A stretch of 64,000 bases of DNA. It comes from Betaproteobacteria bacterium. Lineage in GTDB: Bacteria > Pseudomonadota > Gammaproteobacteria > Burkholderiales > SG8-41. The notes beneath the pieces were generated by a model, which saw only the letters and a program-made list of their open reading frames with translations, was not told where the DNA came from and made no database searches. Shown here piece by piece: positions 1 to 11,628 of the stretch (position 1 is its first letter; each line of letters opens with the position of its first letter). A program made the position numbers and the translations under genes. The stretch is taken from NCBI GenBank assembly GCA_028291945.1, contig JAQGNH010000384.1, forward strand, positions 569 to 64,568. Reading direction: 5' to 3'.

Positions 1-457
1 CGACTCTGATGCCTTGCGATCGCAATGCGGCGATGCGCGCTGCCGGAACGTCGCCGAGGTGAAACGTGAAGACTCCTGGGCGGATCGCTTCGACGGCGTC
101 GAGTTGCGCCATCTGATCGGGAGCAAAGGGCGGGCGCACCGGCTGAGGAGGTCTGAGTCCGAGCTCCTCGTAGTAAGGCGTAACGGCTGTGATCGCCGCA
201 GCTTGAAGCGCATCCGGAATTGCCCCGGTGTTCTGAGCGACGAAGAAATTTACGCAAAACGGTGCGCTCGTGTGGGCGCGCACCTGCTCGGCATCACGAT
301 GCATAGTTTCGGGCTGTGCGTAAGCGAATCCGAACGACCCCAGCGCGCCCGCGCTCGATACGGCAGCGACGAGCTCGGGCGTCGTAATGCCACCCGCCAT
401 GGGCGCCTGGACGATCGGCAGCTCGATGCCCAGCAGCTCACAGAGGCTCGTCTTCAT
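1..457 (-). CDS. NMO-family FMN oxidoreductase (nitronate monooxygenase / 2-nitropropane dioxygenase-like), N-terminal part; gene continues past window start
   Basis: Absent from the ORF track because it is open at the window edge. Minus-strand translation from ATG 457..455 gives MKTSLCELLGIELPIVQAPMAGGITTPELVAAVSSAGALGSFGFAY..., the PI-x-QAPMAG signature region of this family. The listed + ORF 14..499 is its antisense shadow. Confidence 0.8.
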   Translation of the reverse strand, partial: MKTSLCELLGIELPIVQAPMAGGITTPELVAAVSSAGALGSFGFAYAQPETMHRDAEQVRAHTSAPFCVNFFVAQNTGAIPDALQAAAITAVTPYYEELGLRPPQPVRPPFAPDQMAQLDAVEAIRPGVFTFHLGDVPAARIAALRSQGIRV

Positions 458-551
458 GGAGCCTTTTCAACGCTGAGCACAGTGGCTCGTGATGTGTGAA
501 GGTGACTCGTCAAGCGTTCCGCACCCGCAATGCCGCTCGGTATGATGCGGC

Positions 552-1718
552 TCATGCGGTTTCCTCGAACAATTCTCTACCGATCAGCCAGCGGCGGATT
601 TCCGAGGTGCCTGCGCCGATTTCATAGAGCTTCGCATCGCGCAAGAGTCGCCCGGTCGGACTCTCGTTGACATATCCCATTCCCCCCAACGCCTGGATCG
701 CTTCGAGCGCCATCCAGGTCGCTCGCTCAGCCGCGTACAGTATCGCACCGGCTGCGTCCTTGCGCGTCACGCGCCCGGCATCGCACGCGCGGGCAACGGC
801 GTACACGTAAGCGCGGCAGGCGGAAAGTGTCGTATACATGTCGGCGAGCTTGCCTTGCATCAACTGAAAAGAGCCAATCGGCTCTCCGAACTGCTTGCGC
901 TCGTGGATGTAAGGCAGCACGGCGTCCAGACATGCCTGCATGATGCCGAGCGGTCCGCCTGCAAGCACCGCCCGCTCGTAATCCAGACCGCTCATCAGCA
1001 CCTTCACGCCCTGTCCCGCGCCGCCAAGCACGTTCTCAGCGGGCACTTCACAAGCTGAGAATACGAGCTCGGAAGTGCTCGAGCCTCTCATGCCGAGCTT
1101 GTCGAGCTTCGCGGAGGCCGAATATCCCTTGAACCCGCGCTCGATGATGAACGCGCTAATACCGGCCCCGACTGCGTTTGCGTCGGTCTTTGCGTATACA
1201 ACGAGGACGTCCGCCTCCGGGCCATTCGTGATCCACATTTTCGTCCCGTCGAGCACGTAACGATCGCCGCGTTTCACGGCGTTTAGACGCATGCTGACGA
1301 CGTCCGACCCGGCACCGGCTTCACTCATCGCAAGCGCACCGACGTGGTCCCCTGAAATGAGCCGCGGCAGATATTTCTGCTTCTGCTCAGCGTTTCCGTT
1401 ACGCCGGATCTGGTTTATGCAGAGGTTCGAATGCGCGCCGTATGAAAGTCCGATGGCCGCGCAGGCCCGGCTCAACTCCTCCATGGCAACCACATGAGCG
1501 ACGTATCCCATGCTGCTGCCGCCCCATTCTTCCTCGACGGTGATACCGTGCAACCCAAGCGCGCCGAGCCGGGGCCACAAATCGCGCGGAAAATCGTTCG
1601 AGCGATCAATCTCGGCCGCGCGTGGTGCTATTTCGACCCTTGCGAAATCGCGGACGGTTTCTCGCAGGATGTCGACGCTTTCGCCGAGATCAAAAGCGAG
1701 GTCTGGATAGCTGATCAT
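552..1718 (-). CDS. liuA: isovaleryl-CoA dehydrogenase (acyl-CoA dehydrogenase family)
   Basis: 388-aa ORF with full-length acyl-CoA dehydrogenase layout, including the C-terminal catalytic region [13 protein letters not shown]. It lies directly downstream of a MerR/LiuR-type regulator, as in leucine-catabolic liu clusters. Confidence 0.85.
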   Translation of the reverse strand: MISYPDLAFDLGESVDILRETVRDFARVEIAPRAAEIDRSNDFPRDLWPRLGALGLHGITVEEEWGGSSMGYVAHVVAMEELSRACAAIGLSYGAHSNLCINQIRRNGNAEQKQKYLPRLISGDHVGALAMSEAGAGSDVVSMRLNAVKRGDRYVLDGTKMWITNGPEADVLVVYAKTDANAVGAGISAFIIERGFKGYSASAKLDKLGMRGSSTSELVFSACEVPAENVLGGAGQGVKVLMSGLDYERAVLAGGPLGIMQACLDAVLPYIHERKQFGEPIGSFQLMQGKLADMYTTLSACRAYVYAVARACDAGRVTRKDAAGAILYAAERATWMALEAIQALGGMGYVNESPTGRLLRDAKLYEIGAGTSEIRRWLIGRELFEETA

Positions 1719-1743
1719 AACGCTCAGTACCTCGCCTCTCAGG

Positions 1744-1759
1744 TTGACGTATACGTAAC
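1744..1759. promoter_or_regulatory. candidate MerR/LiuR-type operator TTGACGT-AT-ACGTAAC
   Basis: Imperfect palindrome TTnACGT-N2-ACGTnAA in the 42-nt liuR-liuA spacer. The same half-sites recur at 2216..2231. Confidence 0.5.
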
Positions 1760-1760
1760 G

Positions 1761-2159
1761 TCAGGCAGCGCGAGCTTCGCGCTTCGCGTCTTGCGCCAGC
1801 AGACGGCGACATTGCGCTGCAAAAAACTCGACCTCGTTCAACATGACTTCGATGTCCTCCCGCTGCTGTTCGAGCAGGCCCTTGCGTTTCTCGAGCTTGG
1901 CGAGGAAGGCGCTCAGTTGCTGGCGTTCGTCGCGCGCCGAGTCGTAAAGCTGGAACAACTCTTTGATTTCGCGCAGGGAAAACCCCAAACGCTTGCCTCG
2001 TAATGCGAGCTTTAGACGCACGCGGTCGCGCGAACTGAATACCCGGACTAATCGCTGGCGAGCGGGCGTTAGCAGCCCGCGGTCCTCGTAGTACCGGATC
2101 GTCCTCGTGGTTACGGCAAATTCCCGCGCCAGATCGCTGATGGTGTAAGTGGCCGTCAT
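1761..2159 (-). CDS. liuR: MerR-family transcriptional regulator, LiuR-like
   Basis: N-terminus MTATYTISDLAREFAVTTRTIRYYEDRGLL is a canonical MerR HTH, followed by a coiled-coil C-terminus. I start at ATG 2159; the ORF-track start at 2171 is a TTG four codons upstream. Confidence 0.85.
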   Translation of the reverse strand: MTATYTISDLAREFAVTTRTIRYYEDRGLLTPARQRLVRVFSSRDRVRLKLALRGKRLGFSLREIKELFQLYDSARDERQQLSAFLAKLEKRKGLLEQQREDIEVMLNEVEFFAAQCRRLLAQDAKREARAA

Positions 2160-2215
2160 TGTGCCCTGCAACGTAAGTAGGTAAAATCGAGCGCGCTCAG
2201 CATGATAGTCTCGCC

Positions 2216-2231
2216 TTTACGTAAACGTCAA
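2216..2231. promoter_or_regulatory. candidate MerR/LiuR-type operator TTTACGT-AA-ACGTCAA
   Basis: Near-perfect 16-bp palindrome in the liuR/phaC divergent spacer, 57 nt upstream of liuR ATG 2159 and ending 12 nt before phaC ATG 2244. It shares half-sites with 1744..1759. Confidence 0.5.
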
Positions 2232-2243
2232 CACGGCTGACGC

Positions 2244-4082
2244 ATGACACACAAAGGAAAACAAGACGCTATGGGCGATCCGCATGAGGAAGACAAACTG
2301 AACTACGACCCTGCCGAAGTCGCTCGCCTGTATGCCAACATCGCGACCCGGAGCGGCGAGCTGCTGGGCAAGTTTCTAGAGCACAAAACGGACGGCCCCG
2401 CTCGCTCGATGGCCGATGAGCTTGGCATCAGCAAAGCATTTTTCGAAGCATGGGCGAGGATGCTGACCGATCCATTTCGTCTGGCAGAGACTCAGATGAA
2501 GCTGTGGCAGGACTACTGGTCGTTGTGGCAGCACTCCGTGCTCAAGCTGATGGGACAGGACGCACCGCCCGTAGCAGAGCCGCTGCGCGGCGATCGGCGG
2601 TTCAAGCACGACGACTGGCAAAACAACTTCATGTACGACTACATCAAGCAGTCGTACCTCATCGCGGCGAAACATCTGCATCAAACGCTGGCAGGTGTGC
2701 GAGGACTCGACGAGCACACGGCGAAAAAAGTCGACTTTTACACGCGGCAGTATATCGACGCGTTCGCTCCGACGAATTTCGTTTTGACCAATCCCGAAGC
2801 GATGCGCGAGACACTCGCGACCGGCGGTCAGAATCTCGTCAAAGGCTTTGCCAACCTGCTCGAGGACCTCACGCGGGGAAACGGCGGGCAGTTGAAGCTC
2901 AAGATGACCGACGAGCACGCGTTCAAGGTCGGGGAAAATATAGCCGTCACGCCCGGTAAGGTGGTATTTCAGAACGACCTGATACAGCTGATCCAGTACA
3001 CGCCCGCGACTGAGCAGGTGAATGCGACGCCGCTGCTCATCATCCCGCCCTGGATCAACAAGTACTACATTCTCGATCTGCGCGAGAAGAACTCGTTCGT
3101 CAAATGGGCCGTCGATCAGGGCCACACCGTTTTCGTAGTGTCATGGGTAAACCCGGACGGTCGTTTCGCCGGTAAAACGTTCGAGAACTATCTGAACGAG
3201 GGACCGCTCGCAGCGCTCAAAGCGATCGAGCAGGCGAGCGGCGAGCGGGAAGTGAACGTGATCGGATTCTGTCTCGGCGGTACGCTGCTCTCGACCGCGC
3301 TGGGCTACCTCGCTACGAAAGGCGAGAAGCGCGTGAAGAGCGCGACTTTCTTCGCCACATTGCTCGACTTCGAGCGACCGGGCGAGTTGGAAGTCTTCGT
3401 CGACGAGGAGCAGGTCGACGCGCTCGAGAAGCGCATGGAAGAACGTGGCTACCTCGACGGCTCGGAGATGGCGACCACGTTCAACATGCTGCGCGCAAAC
3501 GATTTGATCTGGTCGTTCGTTGTAAATAATTACTTGCTGGGCCGCGATCCGTTTCCGTTCGACTTGCTCTACTGGAATTCGGACTCGACGCGCATGCCTG
3601 CGGCAATGCACAGCTACTACCTGCGGAATATGTACGTGCGCAACCTGCTGCCCCAGCCTGGCGGAATCGTTTTGAACGACACGCCCATCGACCTTACGAA
3701 AGTCGAAATCCCGATTTACTTCATTTCCACTGTCGAAGATCACATCGCCCCCTGGAAATCGACCTATTCGGGCGCGCGCCTGTTCAAGGCGCCGGTGCGT
3801 TTCGTGCTCGGCGGTTCCGGTCATATCGCAGGGATTATCAATCCTCCGTCGGCGAACAAATATGGCTACTGGACGAACGAAACCCTCGCAGGTGACGCCG
3901 ACGCCTGGCTGAAAGACGCTGCGCAACATCCGGGTTCGTGGTGGACGGACTGGTCCCAATGGATTGCCAAGCTCGCTGGCGAGAAAGTGCCTGCACGCGT
4001 TCCGGGTGCCGGTGACTTGAAAGCGATCGAAGACGCGCCCGGTTCGTATGTCGCAATGCGCGCCGAACCGAGCAAGACGTAG
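2244..4082 (+). CDS. phaC: class I poly(3-hydroxyalkanoate) synthase
   Basis: 612 aa. Lipase-box G-x-C-x-G at VNVIGFCLGGTLL, an alpha/beta-hydrolase C-terminal half (GGSGHIAGIINPP), and class I length. An alternative start is ATG 2271. Confidence 0.93.
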   Translation: MTHKGKQDAMGDPHEEDKLNYDPAEVARLYANIATRSGELLGKFLEHKTDGPARSMADELGISKAFFEAWARMLTDPFRLAETQMKLWQDYWSLWQHSVLKLMGQDAPPVAEPLRGDRRFKHDDWQNNFMYDYIKQSYLIAAKHLHQTLAGVRGLDEHTAKKVDFYTRQYIDAFAPTNFVLTNPEAMRETLATGGQNLVKGFANLLEDLTRGNGGQLKLKMTDEHAFKVGENIAVTPGKVVFQNDLIQLIQYTPATEQVNATPLLIIPPWINKYYILDLREKNSFVKWAVDQGHTVFVVSWVNPDGRFAGKTFENYLNEGPLAALKAIEQASGEREVNVIGFCLGGTLLSTALGYLATKGEKRVKSATFFATLLDFERPGELEVFVDEEQVDALEKRMEERGYLDGSEMATTFNMLRANDLIWSFVVNNYLLGRDPFPFDLLYWNSDSTRMPAAMHSYYLRNMYVRNLLPQPGGIVLNDTPIDLTKVEIPIYFISTVEDHIAPWKSTYSGARLFKAPVRFVLGGSGHIAGIINPPSANKYGYWTNETLAGDADAWLKDAAQHPGSWWTDWSQWIAKLAGEKVPARVPGAGDLKAIEDAPGSYVAMRAEPSKT

Positions 4083-4372
4083 AACGGCGATCCAAGCCGG
4101 TGTTTCGATCGAGCACGTTCGCCCTTTGTGAAAATCCGGATTCTTTTATGGGGCCGGGCGGGCCCGGTCTCGGCGCACCAGCGGCGGGGCGCCGGCAGTG
4201 CGCTTATGGTTCGTGTTATTTCGAATGCGATGTTGAATGGTGGCGTGATCCCGCTCGAGCGCGCGCTTAGAATTCGGAACCGAAGTAGCGTAAATTAGAA
4301 GCACACCGCTGCGGCATTGCACCGCGGCGCATCAATAGAACGCTGTTAAACAGCCTTGTTGGGGAAGCATCC

Positions 4373-4777
4373 GTGAAGCTCTGTAAATGGCATACGCTTG
4401 TTTTTCGTTGTCCGAAGTGCGGGAAGGACGCCGACTACGCCGCACAGGTGGTCGAGGGACCTCAGAAGGGCAGCATCTGGGATCCGTCTTACTGGTGCGA
4501 GAAGTGCAATTCTGCTGTGCGCGCTCGCGACAAGTGGCTCTTCGGCGCCGTATTCGGTCCGCTCATGGCGATGATCGGCACCTTTGCAGTCCAGGCAGTG
4601 CCTCCGGGCCTGCAGATGGCGCCCTGGGTCTGTCTCGCCTTCGCTGCGGTTTGTTGCGCCATCGTCGGCTGGCCCCTGTCGCGCACGCTGTCGCGCCATC
4701 TCGTTTATTGGGAGCCGTGTGACCCCGCTGCGCTTAGGCGGGCGCGGCCTCGTCGTATGAGCAAGGACGACGAATAA
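4373..4777 (+). CDS. hypothetical membrane protein with N-terminal zinc-ribbon
   Basis: 134 aa with a GTG start. Two CxxC pairs (CPKCGKD ... CEKCNS) are followed by two hydrophobic helices and a basic tail. I recognise no family. Confidence 0.5.
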   Translation: MKLCKWHTLVFRCPKCGKDADYAAQVVEGPQKGSIWDPSYWCEKCNSAVRARDKWLFGAVFGPLMAMIGTFAVQAVPPGLQMAPWVCLAFAAVCCAIVGWPLSRTLSRHLVYWEPCDPAALRRARPRRMSKDDE

Positions 4778-5111
4778 ATACCGCGGATCGGGTTGTGCGG
4801 CGACGGGTCCGGCACAGTTCATATCGACGCTTCGGAATCCCGTACACAGAGGTAGCGGGCCGGTGACGCGCTCACCCCGTTTTCGTCGGGCGGACGAGTC
4901 CACCTGAGCTCTGCTACAAGGCGGCGGGCTTTCCTCCGCAGTTGCACCGTCCTTCTAGAAACGTCGTGCCGCTCAGTCCAATTTTTGCTTGCGCTTGCAG
5001 CACTGGGGCGCGTCAGTCGTTCATGACCCCGATGCTATAATCGTTTACCCTCTGAGGTTCTCGCCGCCAGTGGCGAATCTCGCGCATAACACTCCCACCA
5101 AGGTGATCGCC

Positions 5112-7781
<2,670 letters not shown>

Positions 7782-7799
7782 ATTCACTCGCGAAATGAC

Positions 7800-9155
7800 A
7801 TGAGCGACACCATCGAAGTCAAAGTCCCCGACATCGGCGATTACAAGGACGTCCCGATCATCGAAGTCTTCGTGAAGCCTGGCGACGAGGTCAAGGCGGA
7901 GGACTCGCTCATCACTGTCGAATCCGACAAAGCGACGATGGAAGTGCCGTCCCCGACGTCAGGGACGGTCAAAGAGCTCCGCGTAAAAGTGGGCGACAAG
8001 GTGTCGGAAGGCTCACTCGTGCTGGTGCTCGAAGCAGCGGACGCTAAGAGCAAGCCTCAGCAGGCTCCCAGCGAACCCGAGCGTAGCGCTCCGACACAAT
8101 CCGCTCCTGCGCCACAGCCGGCGACCACCCCTGCTCGCGCTCAAACCCCCTCTTCTGCGGCACCGACACCGCAACGCGCCCCTGAGCAGCTCGCCGGTTC
8201 GGCTCCTGCTCAGCAGCGGCCAGCGACCGATGAAGGGGGTTTCAGCCATGCGCACGCAAGTCCATCGGTGCGCCGTCTCGCGCGCGAGTTCGGGGTCGAT
8301 CTGTCGAAATTGAAAGGCAGCGGTCCCAAGGAGCGCATCCTTAAAGAAGACGTTCAGGCCTACGTCAAAATGGAGCTGGCAAAGCCGCGGGGCGCTGCGG
8401 GTGGCTCCGGCATCGGCTTGAATTTGCCGCCGGCGCCGCAAGTCGATTTCTCCAAGTTCGGTGCGGTCAAGACACAACCGCTCCCGCGCATAAAGAAGAT
8501 CTCCGGTGCATTCCTGCATCGCAACTGGCTGACGATACCGCACGTCACCCAGCATGACGAGGCGGACATCACCGAGCTGGAAGCTTTCCGCAAATCTCAG
8601 TCAGACGAAGCAAAAAAGCAGGGCATACGCTTCACGATACTCGGCTTTCTCATGAAAGCGTCAGTCGTGGCTCTCAAGAATTTCCCCGAGTTCAATGCCT
8701 CCCTCTCAGCGGACGGCGAGAGTCTCGTGCTCAAACAGTATTTCCACGTCGGCGTCGCAGTCGACACGCCGAATGGGCTGGTGGTACCTGTCATCCGCGA
8801 CGTAGACAAGAAGGGATTGCTCGAGCTCGCGCGTGAGCTCGGCGAAGTGAGCGAACGTATGCGCGGCGGAAAGATTTCACCCAGCGACCTGCAAGGCGGA
8901 TGCTTCTCCATTTCGAGCCTCGGGGGAATCGGAGGCACGTTCTTCACACCGATCATCAACGCGCCTGAAGTCGCGATTCTCGGCGTTGGCAAAGCGGTGA
9001 TGAGGCCGGTCTGGAACGGTAAGGAATTTGCCCCGCGCCTCATGCTGCCTCTGTCATTGTCTTACGATCACCGTGTCATAGATGGCGCTCTCGGGGCCCG
9101 CTTCATTTCTTTCCTGGCTGGCGTGCTGGGCGACATCCGTAAACTGGTGCTCTGA
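7800..9155 (+). CDS. aceF: dihydrolipoamide acetyltransferase, pyruvate dehydrogenase E2
   Basis: Single lipoyl domain ([13 protein letters not shown]), a long Ala/Pro/Gln linker, the E3-binding segment [15 protein letters not shown], and the catalytic motif [10 protein letters not shown]. Confidence 0.93.
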   Translation: MSDTIEVKVPDIGDYKDVPIIEVFVKPGDEVKAEDSLITVESDKATMEVPSPTSGTVKELRVKVGDKVSEGSLVLVLEAADAKSKPQQAPSEPERSAPTQSAPAPQPATTPARAQTPSSAAPTPQRAPEQLAGSAPAQQRPATDEGGFSHAHASPSVRRLAREFGVDLSKLKGSGPKERILKEDVQAYVKMELAKPRGAAGGSGIGLNLPPAPQVDFSKFGAVKTQPLPRIKKISGAFLHRNWLTIPHVTQHDEADITELEAFRKSQSDEAKKQGIRFTILGFLMKASVVALKNFPEFNASLSADGESLVLKQYFHVGVAVDTPNGLVVPVIRDVDKKGLLELARELGEVSERMRGGKISPSDLQGGCFSISSLGGIGGTFFTPIINAPEVAILGVGKAVMRPVWNGKEFAPRLMLPLSLSYDHRVIDGALGARFISFLAGVLGDIRKLVL

Positions 9156-9230
9156 GGCGCGCCTAGCCCGTTAACCTGCAGCCATGACCCGCGATTATCG
9201 TCCCTCACGGGTCATTCGTTACGCACGCGG

Positions 9231-9899
9231 TTGAACATGCCAACCACGGTCGGCCCGATCGGCATCTTCGGCGGCACTTTTGATCCGATACATTACGGAC
9301 ACCTGCGGCTCGCCGAGGAAATCATCGAAACGGCCAAGCTCACGGAAGTGCGTTTCTTGCCGAGTGGTACACCACCTCACCGCACTCGCCCCGGCGCAGA
9401 TCCCCAGCACCGGGTTGCGATGGCACGCCTCGCGGTCGAGGGCAACGACCGCTTCAGCGTCGATGATCGTGAAACGCGGCGCACCGGCCCCGGATACACG
9501 TACGACACGCTTACGGAGGTCAGGAAAGAAGTCGGAATGCAGAGGCCGATCGCATTGCTCCTCGGCGCGGATGCCTTTCTCGAGCTCGCAACATGGCATC
9601 GCTGGCGGGGCCTGTTCGAGCTTGCGCACATCGTCGTTGCGTATCGTCCGGGGTTCCCGATAGATACGTGGCAAGCGCGCATGCCCGAGCCGCTTGCGCA
9701 TGAGTACGCGGCACGCTACATGCAGCAACCTCTCGCCGTGCATCTCGCGCCCGCCGGCGGAATCGCCGCCGTTTCCATGACAGGCCTCGACATTTCGGCG
9801 ACTTTCGTGCGGACCGCGGTACATACGGGCTCGAGCCCCCGTTATTTGCTGCCCGACGCGGTTCTCGATTATATTCGGACACACGCTTTGTATCGATAA
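9231..9899 (+). CDS. nadD: nicotinate-nucleotide adenylyltransferase
   Basis: GIFGGTFDPIHYGHL nucleotidyltransferase (H/T)xGH motif and a length of about 220 aa. The ORF-track start is TTG 9231; ATG 9237 is an alternative. Confidence 0.92.
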   Translation: MNMPTTVGPIGIFGGTFDPIHYGHLRLAEEIIETAKLTEVRFLPSGTPPHRTRPGADPQHRVAMARLAVEGNDRFSVDDRETRRTGPGYTYDTLTEVRKEVGMQRPIALLLGADAFLELATWHRWRGLFELAHIVVAYRPGFPIDTWQARMPEPLAHEYAARYMQQPLAVHLAPAGGIAAVSMTGLDISATFVRTAVHTGSSPRYLLPDAVLDYIRTHALYR

Positions 9900-9903
9900 T
9901 CAT

Positions 9904-10278
9904 TTGATGAGACTGGACAAATTAGTTAAGGCCACCGTCGCGGCGTTGGAGGACATCAAAGGCCGCGACATCGTGGTGCTCGATGTGCGCAAGATGACTT
10001 CGCTGTTCGACAAGATAATCATTGCAACGGCAGATTCCACGCGGCAGGCAGCATCGCTATCGCGCAACGTGCAGGAAAAGCTGAAAGCCCAAGGCGCGAA
10101 AATCCATGGTGTCGAAGGGGGGCAGGCGGGTGAGTGGATACTCGTCGATGTCGGCCCCGTGATCGTTCACATCATGCAACCGGCAATCAGGCAGCACTAC
10201 AACCTCGAGGAGTTGTGGACTCCGCGCCGAACGACGCGGAAACGGACCCGGACACTCGCCGAGACTGCGACGGATTGA
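9904..10278 (+). CDS. rsfS: ribosome silencing factor RsfS (iojap family)
   Basis: 124 aa, with iojap-like FDKIIIATADSTRQAASLSRNVQEKLK. Conserved position immediately after nadD. Confidence 0.9.
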   Translation: MMRLDKLVKATVAALEDIKGRDIVVLDVRKMTSLFDKIIIATADSTRQAASLSRNVQEKLKAQGAKIHGVEGGQAGEWILVDVGPVIVHIMQPAIRQHYNLEELWTPRRTTRKRTRTLAETATD

Positions 10279-10358
10279 TGAATCCACTTTGCTGCGCTAT
10301 TGGGCACGGCTGAAGCCGATAAGGGACGCGCAAACGGTGTTGTGCGATTCGCTCCACA

Positions 10359-10841
10359 ATGAAGCTGATGCTGGTCGCCGTCGGCACTCGAATGCCCGCA
10401 TGGGTGGAAGCGGGGTTCGACGAATATGCGCGGCGTATGCCGTCCGACGCACAGCTGAAGCTCGTGCAAGTCAAACCAGAACCACGCGGCGAGTCCACAC
10501 CGGCGGCGGGTACGGTGGCGCGCTTGACCGAAGCCGAGGCCCGACGCATTTCCCTCGCCATACCGCAAAAATGCCTCCGGGTTGTGTTGGATGAGCGTGG
10601 AAAGGAATGGAAGACGCGGGAGCTCTCGGCGCGTCTTGCATCGTGGCAAATGGAAGGACGTGATGTGGCGTTCATCATCGGGGGCGCCGACGGTCTGCAC
10701 GAATCCGTCCGACGAGGAGCCGATTTCCTCTGGGCGCTTTCAGCGCTGACGCTGCCCCACGGGCTTGTGCGCGTCATCGTCGCCGAGCAGATCTACAGAG
10801 CCCATTCGATACTTAAAAAGCACCCGTACCATCGCGATTAA
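10359..10841 (+). CDS. rlmH: 23S rRNA (pseudouridine1915-N3)-methyltransferase
   Basis: 160-aa SPOUT protein with N-terminus MKLMLVAVGTRMPAWVEAGFDEYARRM and C-terminus TLPHGLVRVIVAEQIYRA. Fits the nadD-rsfS-rlmH synteny. Confidence 0.92.
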   Translation: MKLMLVAVGTRMPAWVEAGFDEYARRMPSDAQLKLVQVKPEPRGESTPAAGTVARLTEAEARRISLAIPQKCLRVVLDERGKEWKTRELSARLASWQMEGRDVAFIIGGADGLHESVRRGADFLWALSALTLPHGLVRVIVAEQIYRAHSILKKHPYHRD

Positions 10842-10929
10842 TGCCAACTGAGTGGTGAATAGTGAATACCCGATGCGACGGGGGGGTGCTTATCATGTCG
10901 CCGCGACTCCAACTCACCCCTGAAAAACA

Positions 10930-11532
10930 ATGATATATCTCGCTTCACGCAGCCCCCGGCGGCGCGAGCTGCTCAAACAGATCGGGGTCACTTTTCAGGT
11001 CGTGCAGCTGAGAGAAGATCCGCGGCGGGGCATAGACGTCGACGAGAGTCCAAACAGACAAGAGTCGCCTTCGTCGTATGTGCTTCGCATCGCCCGCACC
11101 AAAGCAGAGGTCGCGGCGCACTACATGCACCGTCGGTCGCTGCAGCGCTGGCCGGTGCTTGCAGCCGATACGACGGTCGTCTGCGAAGACAGGATTATCG
11201 GCAAGCCTGAGAATCAGGACGCGGCGGCGCGTATGCTGCAAGAGCTGTCGGGACGCCAGCACGACGTCATTACGGCGGTCGCAGTCGCATTCGGCGGTCG
11301 ATTCGAGACCGCTGCATCCATGTCGAAGGTGTGGTTTCGCAAGCTGAGTGGGGAAGAAATCCGGCGTTACGTCGCAACGGGTGAACCGCTCGACAAGGCA
11401 GGCGCGTATGCGATCCAAGGCCGCGGGGCGGCTTTCGTCACACGAATCGAGGGCAGTTATTCCGGTATCATGGGCCTGCCGCTCGCGGAGACTTCGGACC
11501 TGCTCGCCAAATTCGGTATCGAGACGATCTGA
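10930..11532 (+). CDS. maf: Maf-like nucleoside triphosphate pyrophosphatase
   Basis: LASRSPRRRELL N-terminal motif and the C-terminal AGAYAIQG motif, in 200 aa. Confidence 0.9.
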   Translation: MIYLASRSPRRRELLKQIGVTFQVVQLREDPRRGIDVDESPNRQESPSSYVLRIARTKAEVAAHYMHRRSLQRWPVLAADTTVVCEDRIIGKPENQDAAARMLQELSGRQHDVITAVAVAFGGRFETAASMSKVWFRKLSGEEIRRYVATGEPLDKAGAYAIQGRGAAFVTRIEGSYSGIMGLPLAETSDLLAKFGIETI

Positions 11533-11628
11533 GACGCGCCTCCCGCCGGAGACGCTCTTCTTCTCATGCACGCTGATAAAGTCCCTGGGTCAGCCTTTGC
11601 CCACGCGGAGGCGGGTTCTCGCTTCGCG

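Noticed and set aside
14-499. 161-aa plus-strand ORF at the window start
   Set aside because: The opposite strand encodes a clear NMO-family N-terminus (PIVQAPMAGG...) across the same bases. The plus ORF has an Arg/Cys-rich, low-complexity composition typical of an antisense shadow in high-GC DNA.
4150-4166. GC hairpin GGGCC-GGGCG-GGCCC downstream of phaC as a terminator
   Set aside because: It has only a 5-bp stem, the T-run precedes rather than follows it on the plus strand, and no U-tract is present on either strand.
4989-5111. N-terminal extensions in the ORF track (aceE shown here)
   Set aside because: Similar extensions occur at rng 11566, ferredoxin 25813, ubiE 35552, HIT 36517, FAH 42641, 44142, plsC 60224, gmhB 60565, permease 24001 and hemJ 23066. 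The extensions begin at upstream alternative codons, overlap the preceding gene or lack family-typical sequence. Internal ATG/GTG/TTG starts give canonical N-termini and sensible intergenic spacing.
9184-9215. 8-bp-stem hairpin ATGACCCG-N16-CGGGTCAT after aceF as a terminator
   Set aside because: The stem is real, but the loop is 16 nt and there is no U-tract (TCGTTACG follows). I did not call it as a terminator.
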